From positions 1,674,001 through 1,738,000 of the forward strand of contig OZ025783.1 in the NCBI GenBank assembly GCA_964019425.1: 64,000 nt of DNA. Direction: 5' to 3'. The notes below the pieces were generated by a model. The model saw only the letters and a list, made by a program, of their open reading frames with translations. It searched no databases and was not told where the DNA came from. Position 1 is the stretch's first letter; every line of letters starts with the position of its first letter. This stretch comes from Flectonema sp. DT1601. Taxonomy: Eukaryota. Below, piece after piece: positions 1 through 12,357 of the stretch. Both the position numbers and the translations under genes were made by a program.

Positions 1-3000
1 CTCGAAGCTTCCTAATGATGTCGTGTGTGGTAAGAAGCCTGGCTGCGACTGGGATGTTGATAGATGTGTACGAAAGGGTAATAAATGTAACTCTGTTGAC
101 CTATCTACAGCATGCGATGGTGAAGAATGTGAGGGAGTACTTGATTCCTATCTCAAACAGAAGTTGTACAGTAAAGGTTCTTTTATTGATGGTGCTCAAC
201 CAAAGGAAGTTAAAATTAGCAACCCACCCCTTTACGAAGACTTGTCAATTATTTGTACTGGTGACGACTGTGATGTTTGTAAACAAGGTCATCACTTGTC
301 TGGATCAGGTGCTATTCTGAAGTGTGATACTGAAGGGGGAACAGCTACTTTAGTACTTCCATTCTCTGATGATAAAAGAAAACCGTTTTTGTGTGGAAAG
401 AATGGCGAGATTAAGAAACCTCCTCCAACCTTTGCAGACGATTGTTCTACTAATCCCTGCCCAGTAGGACCTGACCTACCAACTGAATGCTTTGATCCTG
501 ACACAGTTCAGAATGGAATATTTAATTGTAAATGTAGACAGCCAATGAAACTAACAAAAGGAGTTGGTGGAGTCGACACCTGTTCAATGATTGGAGTTTG
601 CTCTTTAAAGATGACGGAAATCTGTAAATTAAAACAATCAGAGTGTCAGAAAACTGCAACAGGAACTGAAGAATGTATTGAGACTCTCTGTGATACTAAA
701 CCTTGTCCACCACTCAGCGTGGGTTGTAAAAAGAGTGAAGAAAGAACAGCTGACGGGAAGTGTCTGCTGTTCCCTTGTGAGAATGTTTGCGAAGGTAGCT
801 GCAATGCTGAACTGAAATTAAAATGCCGCGATAAGTCTAGAGAAGAAGGAAAGCACTTCGTTTGTGTTAGCGGCCAATGTGAAGAACAGCCCTGTCGACT
901 TCCTGCATGCGTACAGCCACCAGCTGGTTGTATTCGTGTGAAAGATGATCGTAAGGATGCCTTCGGATGTTTTGCTCTACCTTGTGGTAAGTTGGAATGT
1001 TCAACCGACTGCAGTTCTGAAGATGAGAAACGCTGCGCAACTCAATTTGAAAAACGAATGAAATGTATTGTCGGAGATTTGACTCATTTCCCGAAAGGGA
1101 TTCTTGCGAACCCAACACCCTCGGAGACTGGCGAAAACATGAAGACTGACGAAGACATCGCTCTTTGCCTACCAATCGACTGCCCTCCGGTACAATGCAA
1201 ACCTCCTCCAGGATGTACCTACGCCATGAGATCAACGGCTTCTGGTAATGAAGACTTCACAGATAATACTGGATGGTTTGTATTTATAATGTTAAACCTT
1301 TTGTGTTACTTATTTTGTGAAATTATTTTAAAAAAACAGCCCTAAGGAACCCTGCGGAGAACTAGTGTGCAAGTCTAAATGTAATATGGAGCAGCGAAAG
1401 AAGTGTTGTAACCCCAGAAAGAGGAAGTCGGAATGTAAAGAATGTATTGTTGATTCTGAGGGAGCAGCTCTGTGCATTGAAAAGCCTTGTGATGTGCAAG
1501 CAGCGTGTGCAGCGTCTCCTGGTTGCTCTTATGAAGCGAAAGGTTCTGTAGAAAGATGTAATTCCTGTGGATCTGAAATTTGTGAAGTTTACAACGCGTG
1601 TGATGCGGTAAAATGCAAAGCAGGTAAAGAATGTAAAGTAATAACAAATATCTTAGAGAAAGCTACCCTCGACATGAGTAATGAACACGACGTTGCTGTT
1701 TGTGTTAGAAGGAGATCTGGTTCAAGTGAAGTAAACGATTGCAGTACGAAGATCTGTCCAACAGGAACAACCTGCACTGATATGGAAACAAGACCTCCTC
1801 GATGTGTATCTTCGAAAACAGCCAACTGTGGAGGGTGCGACTCTGGTGAAAATTGCGAGGTTTCCCGCAACAACAGAGAGACGAAGTTTCTCTGCAATAA
1901 ACCAGAGGACAAGGCTCTCTGTGATCTCGATGCATGTGCTTGTAGTGGATCACCCTGTAAAGATGAAGAACAGTGTCACGTCATGAGGAATAAAACTGCG
2001 ATTTGCTTTCAAAAGCATCCAGAAGCTCCTTCTGACATCAAGAGACAATCAGATCGTTGTTCTAAAATAATCTGTCGTAAAGGGAACACTTGTTCTAACT
2101 CACGTGGTGTTGTGAGATGCCGACCTGACCAAGTCAGTCCATGCAGAGGAGTAAAATGTACATCTGGAGAGTATTGCGACGATGAATCCGGTGAGTGCAT
2201 CCAACCAGCTTGTGACCCCTCGTGTGAAGTTGGGAAGAAATGCGTTCACACCGAGGGAGTTGATGTTTGTGTTGCAGCGGATCGCTGTAAAAAGAATACC
2301 TGGACTTGGTTCAAAGATACTTGCATCGGGGGAATTCCAAATGAGTGTGGTGAGGGACGGTACTGCCCACCCGTGGAATCTACCGACTTGTCAGGATGCG
2401 TGTCAGAATATTGTGAGTGCGATCCTCTGACTGGTGAGGCTGCTGAGTGCTCTCCTACTTGTCATCCAGTCTTTAGATATTGTAGTCCTGATGTCTGGTC
2501 TTGTGATGTTAGTGAGAGAGATAGTTGGGAGCCTGAACAGTCACGTTGGTGTTGTTTCGCAAAGAAAATCGGCTGCGCGAAATACAACTGTCACCCGACT
2601 GGTGGCGAAGGACCTGAACTTTGGACTTCCGAAAAGAAGAAGTGGTGTTGTAAAAGAACAGCTGGTCGAATCGGATGTGAACCTGAAGGTGATGTGTACA
2701 ATTGTTATTCAAGAGAGGACTGGTCATTTCGCAAACATAAATGGTGTTGTGAAAACAAGAATTATGAATGCCCAGCTCCACTATTTGATTGCAGAGACAC
2801 TAGAAAGGCTGCCTCCTGGGATGCCGCTCAAAAGAAGTGGTGTTGTGAAAACCGCAGCAAGGTATGTTAATTATTCCTTTTTGTGCCTTATTTACTATCA
2901 CAGAACTCTTTAGCATGAATAAAATAAACACAACCAGGGTTGTCCCGAAGAAGAGGTACCCAAGTATAACTGCACTTCAAGAGAAAGGTGGAGTCGTAGC

Positions 3001-4371
3001 AAGAGGGCCTATTGCTGCAATGAGTTTGGATTGGCGTGTGAGAATAAGAAACCTTTATTTGATTGTGAGGTAACAGAAGGGAGTACCTCCTGGGAAGCAG
3101 ATCAGAAGTCGTATTGCTGTAGAAAGGTATCAGTTGGTTGTAATGAAGACAATGCAACTGAAGGACCATTTGAGTGTGAGGGTTCTTTCAACAACACTAA
3201 CAATATTCGAAGAAGGTGGTGCTGTGCAAATCAGAGGAAGGGATGTAAAACTCAAAAGTATTGTGACAGACGGAAGGTATTCGACAGCATTCTAACAGAA
3301 GGTGAATCCAACAGGTGCTGTTCAACCCAAAACATGGGCTGTAAATACCAATGTCCAAGTGACCCTCTTGAGATTACTAAACTAACGCAATCTAATCCCA
3401 GAGCAATTCAGTATTGTTGTGAAAAGAAAGGAATCGGTTGTCCTGAAGAGGAACTCGAAGTTCAAATCGAAAAAGAGCGAAAGCAGCGCGAAAAGAAACT
3501 CATCGACGAAAAGAAGACGTCGATCGAATTTGTGATCAATTTTGTGGCAAACTGGGATACGGCAACGGAAAATCCCAAAGAGTTCGCAAGGACGTTATTA
3601 AAAACGATGGTCGCTGGATTAGTATCAGCTGACCCTTCAACAAAAGTAGAAGTTGGAATGAAGTCGTTCAGACCGCTGTTTGAAGGAGATGATGGTTCTC
3701 TAAAAGAAAGAACACAAAGAAATACTCAAGAGATTCGTACTCCGTTCTCATGGGAGACTGACCCAGTTAGCGGGTACTCTTGTGGTAGTGCGTCTGACTA
3801 CCATCGACGAGTTGATAAGAACACTGAAGATGAAGAGGGAGTCGAGTATCGCTCTGTTGGAATATTACAATCTGGAGCCTCAACAGAAGGAGGGGAAGCT
3901 ATTCAATCTCGAATGACATTAACTGATACTGCTGACGGTATTACTGCATCAACAGAAGCACTACAGAAGTTAATGGGAGAGGCTTCAAGTGGTGCTGGAC
4001 CACTCAGTAGTAACAATGAGGGAGACACATTATCACTTCAACCTGTTGGAGGGAAGTCAATTGATGTCGGGTTACCAGGACAACCAACTCCTCCTCCATC
4101 AGGAGATTCAGATGATGATATGCCTGCCTGGGTTTACATTATAATCTCACTTGGTGCTGTTTGTATTGCGGGTACTGCTATCGCAGTCTTCGTACATTCA
4201 AAAAGACGAAATGACTCCGGCGTTCCTGACGCAGCAGCCAACTACAGCTTCTCTGCTGTAGCTCGAGACACGGAAATGCTCGACACAAATTATCAAAGTA
4301 CTCCAAGCGACTCAGCTCCAAACTTTGCACCTTCGAGGGCTACTCCCGGAGTAGTTGTCGGTAGGATTTAA
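1..4371 (+). CDS. Large Cys-rich type I membrane (surface) protein, 5'-partial; introns 1276-1339 and 2862-2937
   Basis: Three ORFs (23-1345, 1365-2870, 3031-4371) join in frame through GT...CAG introns (junctions read TGCPKEPC and SKGCPEEE). EGF-like/follistatin-like Cys spacing, repeated W-x5-6-(W/Y)CC-x4-6-GC units, and a single TM helix WVYIIISLGAVCIAGTAIAVFV followed by HSKRR. The frame is open from the window start. Confidence 0.85.
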
Positions 4372-5367
4372 TCATTTACACACTTTGTGGTATTACAGCT
4401 GATGTATTTAGGTATTCGTTGCTCCCTTCCTAGCGCTGCTATTTTATATCTTTAGACGGCTGAATGAAATACAAACACAAACGGAAGTGAAAGTTCAGTT
4501 TTTCTTCCACTCCTTCCCATTTTTTCCCCTTCTTTTTTTTCCTTCCTTCTTAATTTTTTTCTTTTCCAGAAAGAAGCTTTTGGTTTTTTGAAAATGTTTG
4601 TTGTTCCTTCATAGAAGTTCCATTCATTCAAAATTATCCTTTCTTTTTGTAGTAACATGTTGATTATTGTAACTTTTTCTAGCCCTCACAAGTCTGGCCG
4701 GAATACTGTTCTCACAATACACAACAATTCCAACCTTCATTGCCTGTTTTTTTCTTTTCCGAGAAATTTTTTTTTTTAAATTTTTTTGTATCGAATCTTC
4801 AAAAGAATTTACAACACGAAATTAAAAAAAAAAAAAAAAAAAGCTGCTCTTTATTCTTCCCCACCACCACCACCATTTATAGTTCGAAGTGAAGTATTTG
4901 TTGCTAAAGCTAAATTACCCGGCCTATCAAACTACTATGGAGTTACTTAGTTACTTCTTTAGTTAGTACCAGCTTCTTTACTATATTTGAATAGCTCAGA
5001 TGTGTTCTGAGCAGGTGTTGTTGTAATCTTCCTCTCTAATATCGTAGTTTCGCACTTTACCATCCTCCTCCTCCTCCTCTTCCTGCAATACTACTCGTTG
5101 TGTCCTTTTTACGAGTTTTATGTAAAATTATTATTATTGTTGTTGTTGCTGTTTTGATATTTCCACCACAATGAATCCCATCTAAGGTTTGATGTTTTTC
5201 TTCTTTCCACATATTTTATACAACATTGTTGAGGTTAAGGTAATCGTGTTTTCTTTATTTAGTTTCCTTCAACAGCTAACCAACACAGAAGTGACGAGGT
5301 ATTTTTGATTAATTTTGTTCATTATTTTATAAATAAAATCATATTCACTACAGGAGGTGACCCAACG

Positions 5368-8300
5368 ATGGGTCGCCTAGATGGAGATAGAGGAGGTACT
5401 AAAGATATCGAAGGAATGAGATGTGAGATCGCACTCTTAGAATCGAGACTTAAAAAACCCAACATGGTTTTCGGAGCAAATGAATTGTCCACTCGACTAC
5501 TTGACGTGTTGTATGAGTTGGGACTCACTTTCAAAGAAGCAGATGAATTAGAAAGTGCTGTATTTCCATTCTTGAGAGGAATCGAACTAATTGAAGATCC
5601 TCCTCACTGGCTCGTCATTAGAGAAACTAAAAGATGGAAGTGGAGAGTTGATTTCTACTCAACTCTGTCAGATGTTTATGTTTCACTTGGTAGACATACT
5701 GATGCTAGAGTAGGACTCACTTCTGCAGTGAGTGGATGTCTGAAACAAAGTGCGGATATGAAGAAGCGAGGTAAGAGTAATGAAGAAGTAGCAAAGCCAG
5801 CAAGTAATGCTCTCTTCCTTCTCAATAAGAAATCTCACGTGAGGGGAGCAAGGCCGAGCTCTGCTAGCAGAGATGGACAAATGAAACTCACTGCCAGTCG
5901 GTACACTCTTCATAGTGCGCCTCCTGCCACCCGAACGGAAACAAAGCCTCTGACGCCTACCATTCCCAGAATTCCGAAATCTCCTGAATCTGCTTTCGTT
6001 CATCGAGCACCTCGAAAGATATTATCACCTCATTCACCTCCGGGGAGTCCTCCACCACAATTTAGATCACCTCTGGCTGAGAAGCAGAACAGTACTTTCA
6101 CTTCAATGAATACGGCTGCCGTAGTCATACAATCATTTTGGAGAATGGTTCAGGCGGATTCGATTGCTAAACACCGCAAGTCACACTACGTTAAATATCG
6201 AAAGGAGTTACTAAATTGGGAGCACCAGAAAATAGCTCAGCACCTCTCGGAACTTGCGAAGCAACGGAAGAAGCCGAAATCGATCCCAGCGCGTAAGGGG
6301 AAAGCGCAAGCTGCGAAAAAGATCCAAAGTACTTGGAGAATGTTTTTAGCAATTCGACTTGTCTCTCAGATGAGAGTTTGTTACTACCATCGGCTATCAA
6401 CTGCTCACAGAAAGGAGTTGGCCCAAATACGACGAAACAAGGAAGAAGAAGCAGCCACAAGGATTCAAAAAGGAATGCGAAAGGCGCTCAATACGAAACG
6501 AAATTCCGGAGATGAATCGGCTGCCGCAATTGTGATCCAAAAAGCTATCCGAAGATGCCTCGCTACTAAAATAAAAAAGGAACGTCTCTCAGATTACTAT
6601 CAGCACATCACATCACTACACAATACAAATGCCATACAAAACGCTATAAAGATACAGTCTACCTATCGCCGTTATGTAGCAGAGAAGAAACTTCGAATGA
6701 GAATCCAACAATACAATTCTTACATAACAAAATCACATGGAACAAGTAGAGAGAGTAATGTCGTGAAAATCCAATCACAAATAAGAAGGTATTTGGGAGT
6801 AAAGAAATACAAAGTACGACTCTCACAATATCATAATCACATATCTGTTCTTCACAATCGAAATGACCACATGCGAGACAAGGCAGCCATTACAATTCAG
6901 AAGTTCGCAAGAAGATTGCGAGCTAGAAACACATACCTGCACAGACTATCAAAATACGGACAACATATTATGAAGTTACACAGCACAAGTTGCATAAGAG
7001 GGAGGTCTGCAGTTGTAATTCAAAAATACGTTCGAATGATGATCACCAGAAGGAAGTTTGAAGAACGTCTCCAACAGTATCGCAGTTATATTAAAACCCT
7101 TCATGTCGACCTTAGAAGTAACGCAGCAGCAATTGTTATTCAAAGTCTTGCAAGGCAAACAGCAGCTAAAAGTATTGTTCAGAACAGACTACGTCAATAC
7201 CGAGAACACATAGCTTCCCTCCATGGAGGTCAACTATGGCAGTCAGCTATTGTAATCCAGTGTCAGTTTAGAAGATGTTTGGCATTAAATGAGAAGAACA
7301 GTCGACTTCACAAATATCAACAATACGTTTCTAACTTACATTCTAAGAGTACTTTCGGATATCAATCTGCTGTAAAGATTCAATCTCAAATCAGAAGGTA
7401 TTTGGCGATCAAACTAAAATCAAATCGTCTTTCACAACATCGCGAGTACGTTGCAAAACTACACGCGACTTCCTTGACGGGTGATCTTAGAAACCATTCT
7501 GCAGTTAAGATTCAATGTCAAGCAAGGCGATACTTGGCTGTGAAAGTTACTAATAAACGACGAAGTGAATATGCAGCACATATATCGAAATTACACAGCA
7601 ATTCGACTTCCTCTTCAGCAAGTGAACAGGCTGCTGTCAGAATTCAAAGTCAGATTCGCAGGTACCTCTCCGCGAAGTTAGTTGCAGTGAGACTCGTTCA
7701 ATACCAAAAGTACATCAGCAGTTTATACGATGAACCTAACAACCAGAGAGTCAATGCCGCTATTCGTATTCAGACCTTCGCCAGAAGGTTTCTTGCAATG
7801 AAAGCTCTGTCTTCACGACTTTGTAATTATAAACAACATATAAATAAAATACATTCAAGTTGTGATGATGATTTAAAAGTAATTTCTGCAATCAAAATCC
7901 AAACACTTGTTAGAAGATACTCAGCGAGGAATATTATAACAAAGAGAAAGGAAGACTACAGACAACACTTAATAATATTACACAACTCAAATAGTGACGA
8001 CACTCAAGTGTCAGCTGTGAAGATTCAGAGTTGTGCAAGACGATACCTGGCAGTTAGATATAAAGAGGCTCGTCTTGTTGAATATAAAAATCACATCATA
8101 AAATTACATTCAAATACCACCAGTGATGTCATTCAATCTGCCGCCATAACTATCCAACGAGTACTGAAGGGATCTATGGTCCGACTTGCTACTAAGAGAC
8201 GACACGAGATGTACAGAAACTACATCTCGGAATTGCACTCTTCTCCTCCTCTTCAAACTACTTCAACAAACAGTCAATTAGAAAGGGCAGCGCTGATAAT

Positions 8301-9663
8301 ACAAAGAACTATGTGTGGATGGTTCAGTAGAGTAGCTGCTAAGAAACGTAAGAAGCAATACTCTGAGTATATATCTCAACTACATTCTTTACAACAAAAA
8401 GATCTTACTGTTGGACTCGTTACTTCAATTCCAAAACAAGACTACCGTCAAGATCAGAAGACTTTTTTAGCAGCTGTTATAATACAAAAATACTGGAGAA
8501 TGTTCCTCGCAGTCAAAGAAAGAAACAGAAGAAGAGTTGGATATGAGAAACACGTCGCCAACATGTTCGAATGGGAAGTTGCAAACATAACGAAATCAAC
8601 TTCTCGGATAAATGTTAAGAACGTGTTGACGGAATATTCAGAGCAGTGGGAAACTAATCTTTGGAACAGACTTCAATCTGGTGATATAAAGTTAAAACAA
8701 TATTTATCATTAGTGAGAAAAGTTGTTCCTGCTGATGACGAAGATGTGGAAATCCAAAACCAGGTGGCCGTCACTCGTCTTCATCGAAAGCATCACAGCG
8801 CTGCTTATCAAAAGACTTCACCAACTTCATCAACAGTGAAGTGTAAAGTTATTGATAATGTGATTGCTACAACTCCAACTCAGAAATCAAAGAAAGTACT
8901 TCATCTAACCAACATCGACAACATCAGTTGTGCAGTTCCTCCAAGTTGGAAACCTGTTGGTGGAGCTCCAACTAGTATTACATCAGAAGTTATTTGGGAT
9001 CAAAAGACAAGACCAGCTAACTTATCTATTTCAACTGATCTTCGAACTATTTGGAAGACAAGTCATCGCGACTGTGTTGCCATTTCTCAATATCCACTCA
9101 GAAGTCCTTCTTTTAAAGTTAGATGGGTAGTATCTCGTAGTTCACCAGATTCCTTTTCTGAAGCTCTTGTTGGTGTCATTCCGTACGGAGAACCTGGAAA
9201 ACGATTTGGAGTACTCTACCGTGCGAGTGATGGAACACTTAAGAAACAAGGAACTCTAAAGAATATTGGACGTACTTCAAAGAGTAGTCCAGGTGATGTT
9301 TTAGAACTGGCTGTTGACTACAACGAGGGACTGAAATTATTTAAGAATGACTGTTTGATGTTTTCCATGTCAGCCGAAGGTTGTGAACGACATGGCTACG
9401 GAAAGATAACCGGTAACTTCCTCGTGTGTGCAGTCCTTTCTGGTATTCCTGATTGCAGAGTTACATTACTACCGGTTCTTTCTGATGAAGCTGTTGCAGC
9501 AGCCAGAACTATTCAAAAAAATTGGAAGAGACAAAAGGCGATTGAGTTTAAAAGTAGTCTTTGCGGAATATATAAAACTTATGTAAAGAATCTCCACTCT
9601 TGGGAAGCAACAAAACTGGCAGATGGAACACCAGCATCAGCAATCAGCGTGGCTAGTGTGTGA
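5368..9663 (+). CDS. Multi-IQ-motif (calmodulin-binding-type) protein with a C-terminal SPRY-like beta domain
   Basis: About 20 AAxxIQxxxR(R) motifs. The C-terminal region (WDQ..LSISTDL..GVLYRASDG..GDVLELAVDY..LKLFKND) resembles SPRY. First ATG is at 5368, after an AG at 5352-5353. Confidence 0.85.
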   Translation: MGRLDGDRGGTKDIEGMRCEIALLESRLKKPNMVFGANELSTRLLDVLYELGLTFKEADELESAVFPFLRGIELIEDPPHWLVIRETKRWKWRVDFYSTLSDVYVSLGRHTDARVGLTSAVSGCLKQSADMKKRGKSNEEVAKPASNALFLLNKKSHVRGARPSSASRDGQMKLTASRYTLHSAPPATRTETKPLTPTIPRIPKSPESAFVHRAPRKILSPHSPPGSPPPQFRSPLAEKQNSTFTSMNTAAVVIQSFWRMVQADSIAKHRKSHYVKYRKELLNWEHQKIAQHLSELAKQRKKPKSIPARKGKAQAAKKIQSTWRMFLAIRLVSQMRVCYYHRLSTAHRKELAQIRRNKEEEAATRIQKGMRKALNTKRNSGDESAAAIVIQKAIRRCLATKIKKERLSDYYQHITSLHNTNAIQNAIKIQSTYRRYVAEKKLRMRIQQYNSYITKSHGTSRESNVVKIQSQIRRYLGVKKYKVRLSQYHNHISVLHNRNDHMRDKAAITIQKFARRLRARNTYLHRLSKYGQHIMKLHSTSCIRGRSAVVIQKYVRMMITRRKFEERLQQYRSYIKTLHVDLRSNAAAIVIQSLARQTAAKSIVQNRLRQYREHIASLHGGQLWQSAIVIQCQFRRCLALNEKNSRLHKYQQYVSNLHSKSTFGYQSAVKIQSQIRRYLAIKLKSNRLSQHREYVAKLHATSLTGDLRNHSAVKIQCQARRYLAVKVTNKRRSEYAAHISKLHSNSTSSSASEQAAVRIQSQIRRYLSAKLVAVRLVQYQKYISSLYDEPNNQRVNAAIRIQTFARRFLAMKALSSRLCNYKQHINKIHSSCDDDLKVISAIKIQTLVRRYSARNIITKRKEDYRQHLIILHNSNSDDTQVSAVKIQSCARRYLAVRYKEARLVEYKNHIIKLHSNTTSDVIQSAAITIQRVLKGSMVRLATKRRHEMYRNYISELHSSPPLQTTSTNSQLERAALIIQRTMCGWFSRVAAKKRKKQYSEYISQLHSLQQKDLTVGLVTSIPKQDYRQDQKTFLAAVIIQKYWRMFLAVKERNRRRVGYEKHVANMFEWEVANITKSTSRINVKNVLTEYSEQWETNLWNRLQSGDIKLKQYLSLVRKVVPADDEDVEIQNQVAVTRLHRKHHSAAYQKTSPTSSTVKCKVIDNVIATTPTQKSKKVLHLTNIDNISCAVPPSWKPVGGAPTSITSEVIWDQKTRPANLSISTDLRTIWKTSHRDCVAISQYPLRSPSFKVRWVVSRSSPDSFSEALVGVIPYGEPGKRFGVLYRASDGTLKKQGTLKNIGRTSKSSPGDVLELAVDYNEGLKLFKNDCLMFSMSAEGCERHGYGKITGNFLVCAVLSGIPDCRVTLLPVLSDEAVAAARTIQKNWKRQKAIEFKSSLCGIYKTYVKNLHSWEATKLADGTPASAISVASV

Positions 9664-10250
9664 AGTGTTGCTCACGACACACGTCTGTTGGTCACCAAAT
9701 TGTTTGGCATCACAGAGGGGTTCAGACTTTGCATAACAATCGTGAAATGTACAAAAAGTAGCAGAGAATCTTATTTCTTGCGACTTGTTAATTGATATGA
9801 CATCAGTTTACAATCAATGGTGCGTTCTTCTGGTTCTGAAACATCGAACTTCCCCTTTTCATTGTTTAACTTTACCTCATTTCCTAGTGAACAGTTTTCA
9901 TGTGTGCGACTCTTTGAGCAATCGAACACCAAAACTATGTTTCTGTTATTTTATGTTTTGTTATCAGCAGTCAGGTTTTCGTTGCTGAGTTTTTCTTTTC
10001 GGCAACATCTATTTTTATTTTTTATTTTTGTCAGTTTCTTAACGTCGTAAACTGTCCTCTACTGTTGCGTTCTATTTAACGTTTCCCTTTTTTTTTATTT
10101 CTACAAGTACTTCTGTTGTTAGTTGTGACAAGTTTCTTGAAGCCACGAAACTAACGGTTACTGTGTTGCTGTTGTCAAGGTTTCTGTTAAATTATTATTT
10201 TAATTTAATATTTTTTTAGATCGCTTCTTCCAACGTTTGTTTTTGTTAGC

Positions 10251-10536
10251 TTTCTACTCGATTCGTTCTTATATACCAAAGTTACGGTAGCTTCCCTTTG
10301 ATGAGTAAACCTGTTCTTTCGATTCAGAAATGCGATCAAGTTATTGGAAATAATAAAAAGAAGTTTGTAGAAGATTAGATTTTCATTTTATTGAAGTACG
10401 TTTTTGTATAACAATTGTTGTTTTACTAGTTATTATTTTTCTTAGCTCTGCGATATTTCGAAACAAGTTTCTACTCGATTCGTTCTTATATACCAAAGTC
10501 GTTAAGTAGCTTCCATTTGATGAGTATACTGGTTCG
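10251..10536 (+). repeat. Local direct repeat (~65 bp, two copies at 10251 and 10468)
   Basis: 32-bp identical core TTTCTACTCGATTCGTTCTTATATACCAAAGT (10251-10282, 10468-10499), followed by similar GTAGCTTCC.TTTGATGAGTA. Confidence 0.9.
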
Positions 10537-10749
10537 ATCTATTTGTTATATTTTTTTCTTTTTTTTAACGGAAGTATTCGGTGAGTCAAAAATGAAACAG
10601 TGCGAATATGTTGCTAAGTTCATATAGGTTTTTTTTTTTTTTTTTTTTTTTTTGATATTTTAGTTGTAAAATATTTCAGTTGTCTGGTGTCTCTTATATT
10701 ATCTCCTTCCCATCATTTCTTTTTTTTTTTTTTGTTTTTTCAACAACTT

Positions 10750-10845
10750 CTCTGGGTAAGGCTGACAACCCAAGCTATAAAAAAACAATCTCCGTGATTG
10801 GTTGCCTGGTTACCCAGACCCCTCATAGTCATCAGTTCTGGTCTT
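10750..10845 (+). repeat. Dispersed repeat family A, copy 1
   Basis: Shares CTCTGGG.AAGG.TGACA, ACAATCTC..GATTGG, GGTTACCCAGACCCCTC and CAGTCATCAGTTCTGG blocks with ~54454-54585 and ~56716-56815. Confidence 0.75.
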
Positions 10846-11215
10846 CCATTTATTTATAGCTAATACCTAATAGGGGACTGTTTTAAGTGATAAAAGAATA
10901 GACTTTATCCCCTTGCTGAGAGAGCATAGCGATGAGAAGGACAGGCCTGATGCCACACTATCTTTTTTATCTTTGAGGAGGGCTGATGAAGTATTTTTTT
11001 TTTTTAGTTTAAAACTCAGACCATTATTAGCTTGATGTCCTTACGACTTGTTGATTGATTTTTATTAATTTATTTATTAGTGGTAATAACATTCCACTAT
11101 TTATAACAAACAGCAATATGATGCAATGTTGTGTGACTACTACAGTGGTGAGTAAGGATTCTTTATTTCTATTGTCAACAGACCTATCTGTGTAGATAGG
11201 AACAACAAAACACTA

Positions 11216-12001
11216 ATGCGAAACCGTGATAAGCTAGCAGATGCCGTAGCTGACCGAGTCCGCACCATCGCTGGATCGATGGCAGTAAAAGAATTACTCG
11301 ACGATGGTGATTGCGAAGCGCTGATGAAAATCGAACGTCAGAAAATATTAATAAGCAGCTCTGTGATCGATTTTAAATTAATAAATTGTATGGGAGTTGC
11401 TGGAAATCAATTAGCGATGTGGTTGAACTTACCATTCGATCTTCTCATTGAGTGTACGAGTAATGTAGCATGTCACTCAATATGTCGACAGATACCTGGG
11501 AAAAGAGTCGTTCAATTAGAAACAGGAGAGGTATGCGATAATGAAATTCAACTCCGATCGATGACTCAGTTTCGAGATTCACATGAAGTGGGATCACCGC
11601 AGATGTCGGCGTTTTCAGCGTCACCATCTTCGTCAGGTAGTTCTGGCGCCTTTTTAGTACCTCCATCAGTCCAGAGAACACATTACAAGTCTCTTCTCTC
11701 TGGAAGACGACTATCGTCACCTCAGGACTGGTGTCCATTTCATCCCCAACATCCTCAGAAGCTTTCCACTCCTGTTTCGGACACTGCTCGCGCTTCTTCT
11801 CAATCAAATGATCTGGTCACCCTTCACGGGAAGGTGACTCTTGCTAACTCATCGACTTCTTTGTTGGAAAACGCACCTCTGGCTTTGCGTAAACGATTGC
11901 ACCAATCTCTAAGAAAAGATATTGCAGCCTCTCTCGGAGTATCCGAATCCTGGGTTACTGTAGATTTACCCCTCAGCTCTCCATCTCCTGCGAGCAAGTA
12001 A
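11216..12001 (+). CDS. Hypothetical protein; possible extra 5' exon (ATG 11126, intron 11148-11195)
   Basis: 261-aa ORF with coding-like composition. A GTGAGT...TGTAG intron would join MLCDYYSD in frame. No family recognised. Confidence 0.6.
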   Translation: MRNRDKLADAVADRVRTIAGSMAVKELLDDGDCEALMKIERQKILISSSVIDFKLINCMGVAGNQLAMWLNLPFDLLIECTSNVACHSICRQIPGKRVVQLETGEVCDNEIQLRSMTQFRDSHEVGSPQMSAFSASPSSSGSSGAFLVPPSVQRTHYKSLLSGRRLSSPQDWCPFHPQHPQKLSTPVSDTARASSQSNDLVTLHGKVTLANSSTSLLENAPLALRKRLHQSLRKDIAASLGVSESWVTVDLPLSSPSPASK

Positions 12002-12357
12002 ATGGAATTTGAACTTCCTGTTGCATAAATGATTTAATACTCTCAATGGCATTTGTATTACTAAATTAGTTCTGAAAGGTGACAACAGCTGTAATGACAT
12101 ATCTATGACATGCAGTTCTCAACTTAGCGGAACTTAGTAACTGTTTTGTTTCTTCGGCGTTGTTGAAGCAACAAAACACCAAAAAAAAAAGAAAGAAAAA
12201 AAAAGAAGCAGAAAACAAAAGAAAGAAAAGAAAAAAATTAGATGAAATAGCCAGCCATCGAGTTCGGTTTAAATATGTTCCAACATTTGATTATGCCGAG
12301 TCTATTTTTATTTTTTTCAACATTTATTTTATAATTAGAAGTATTCTGACACGAAGT

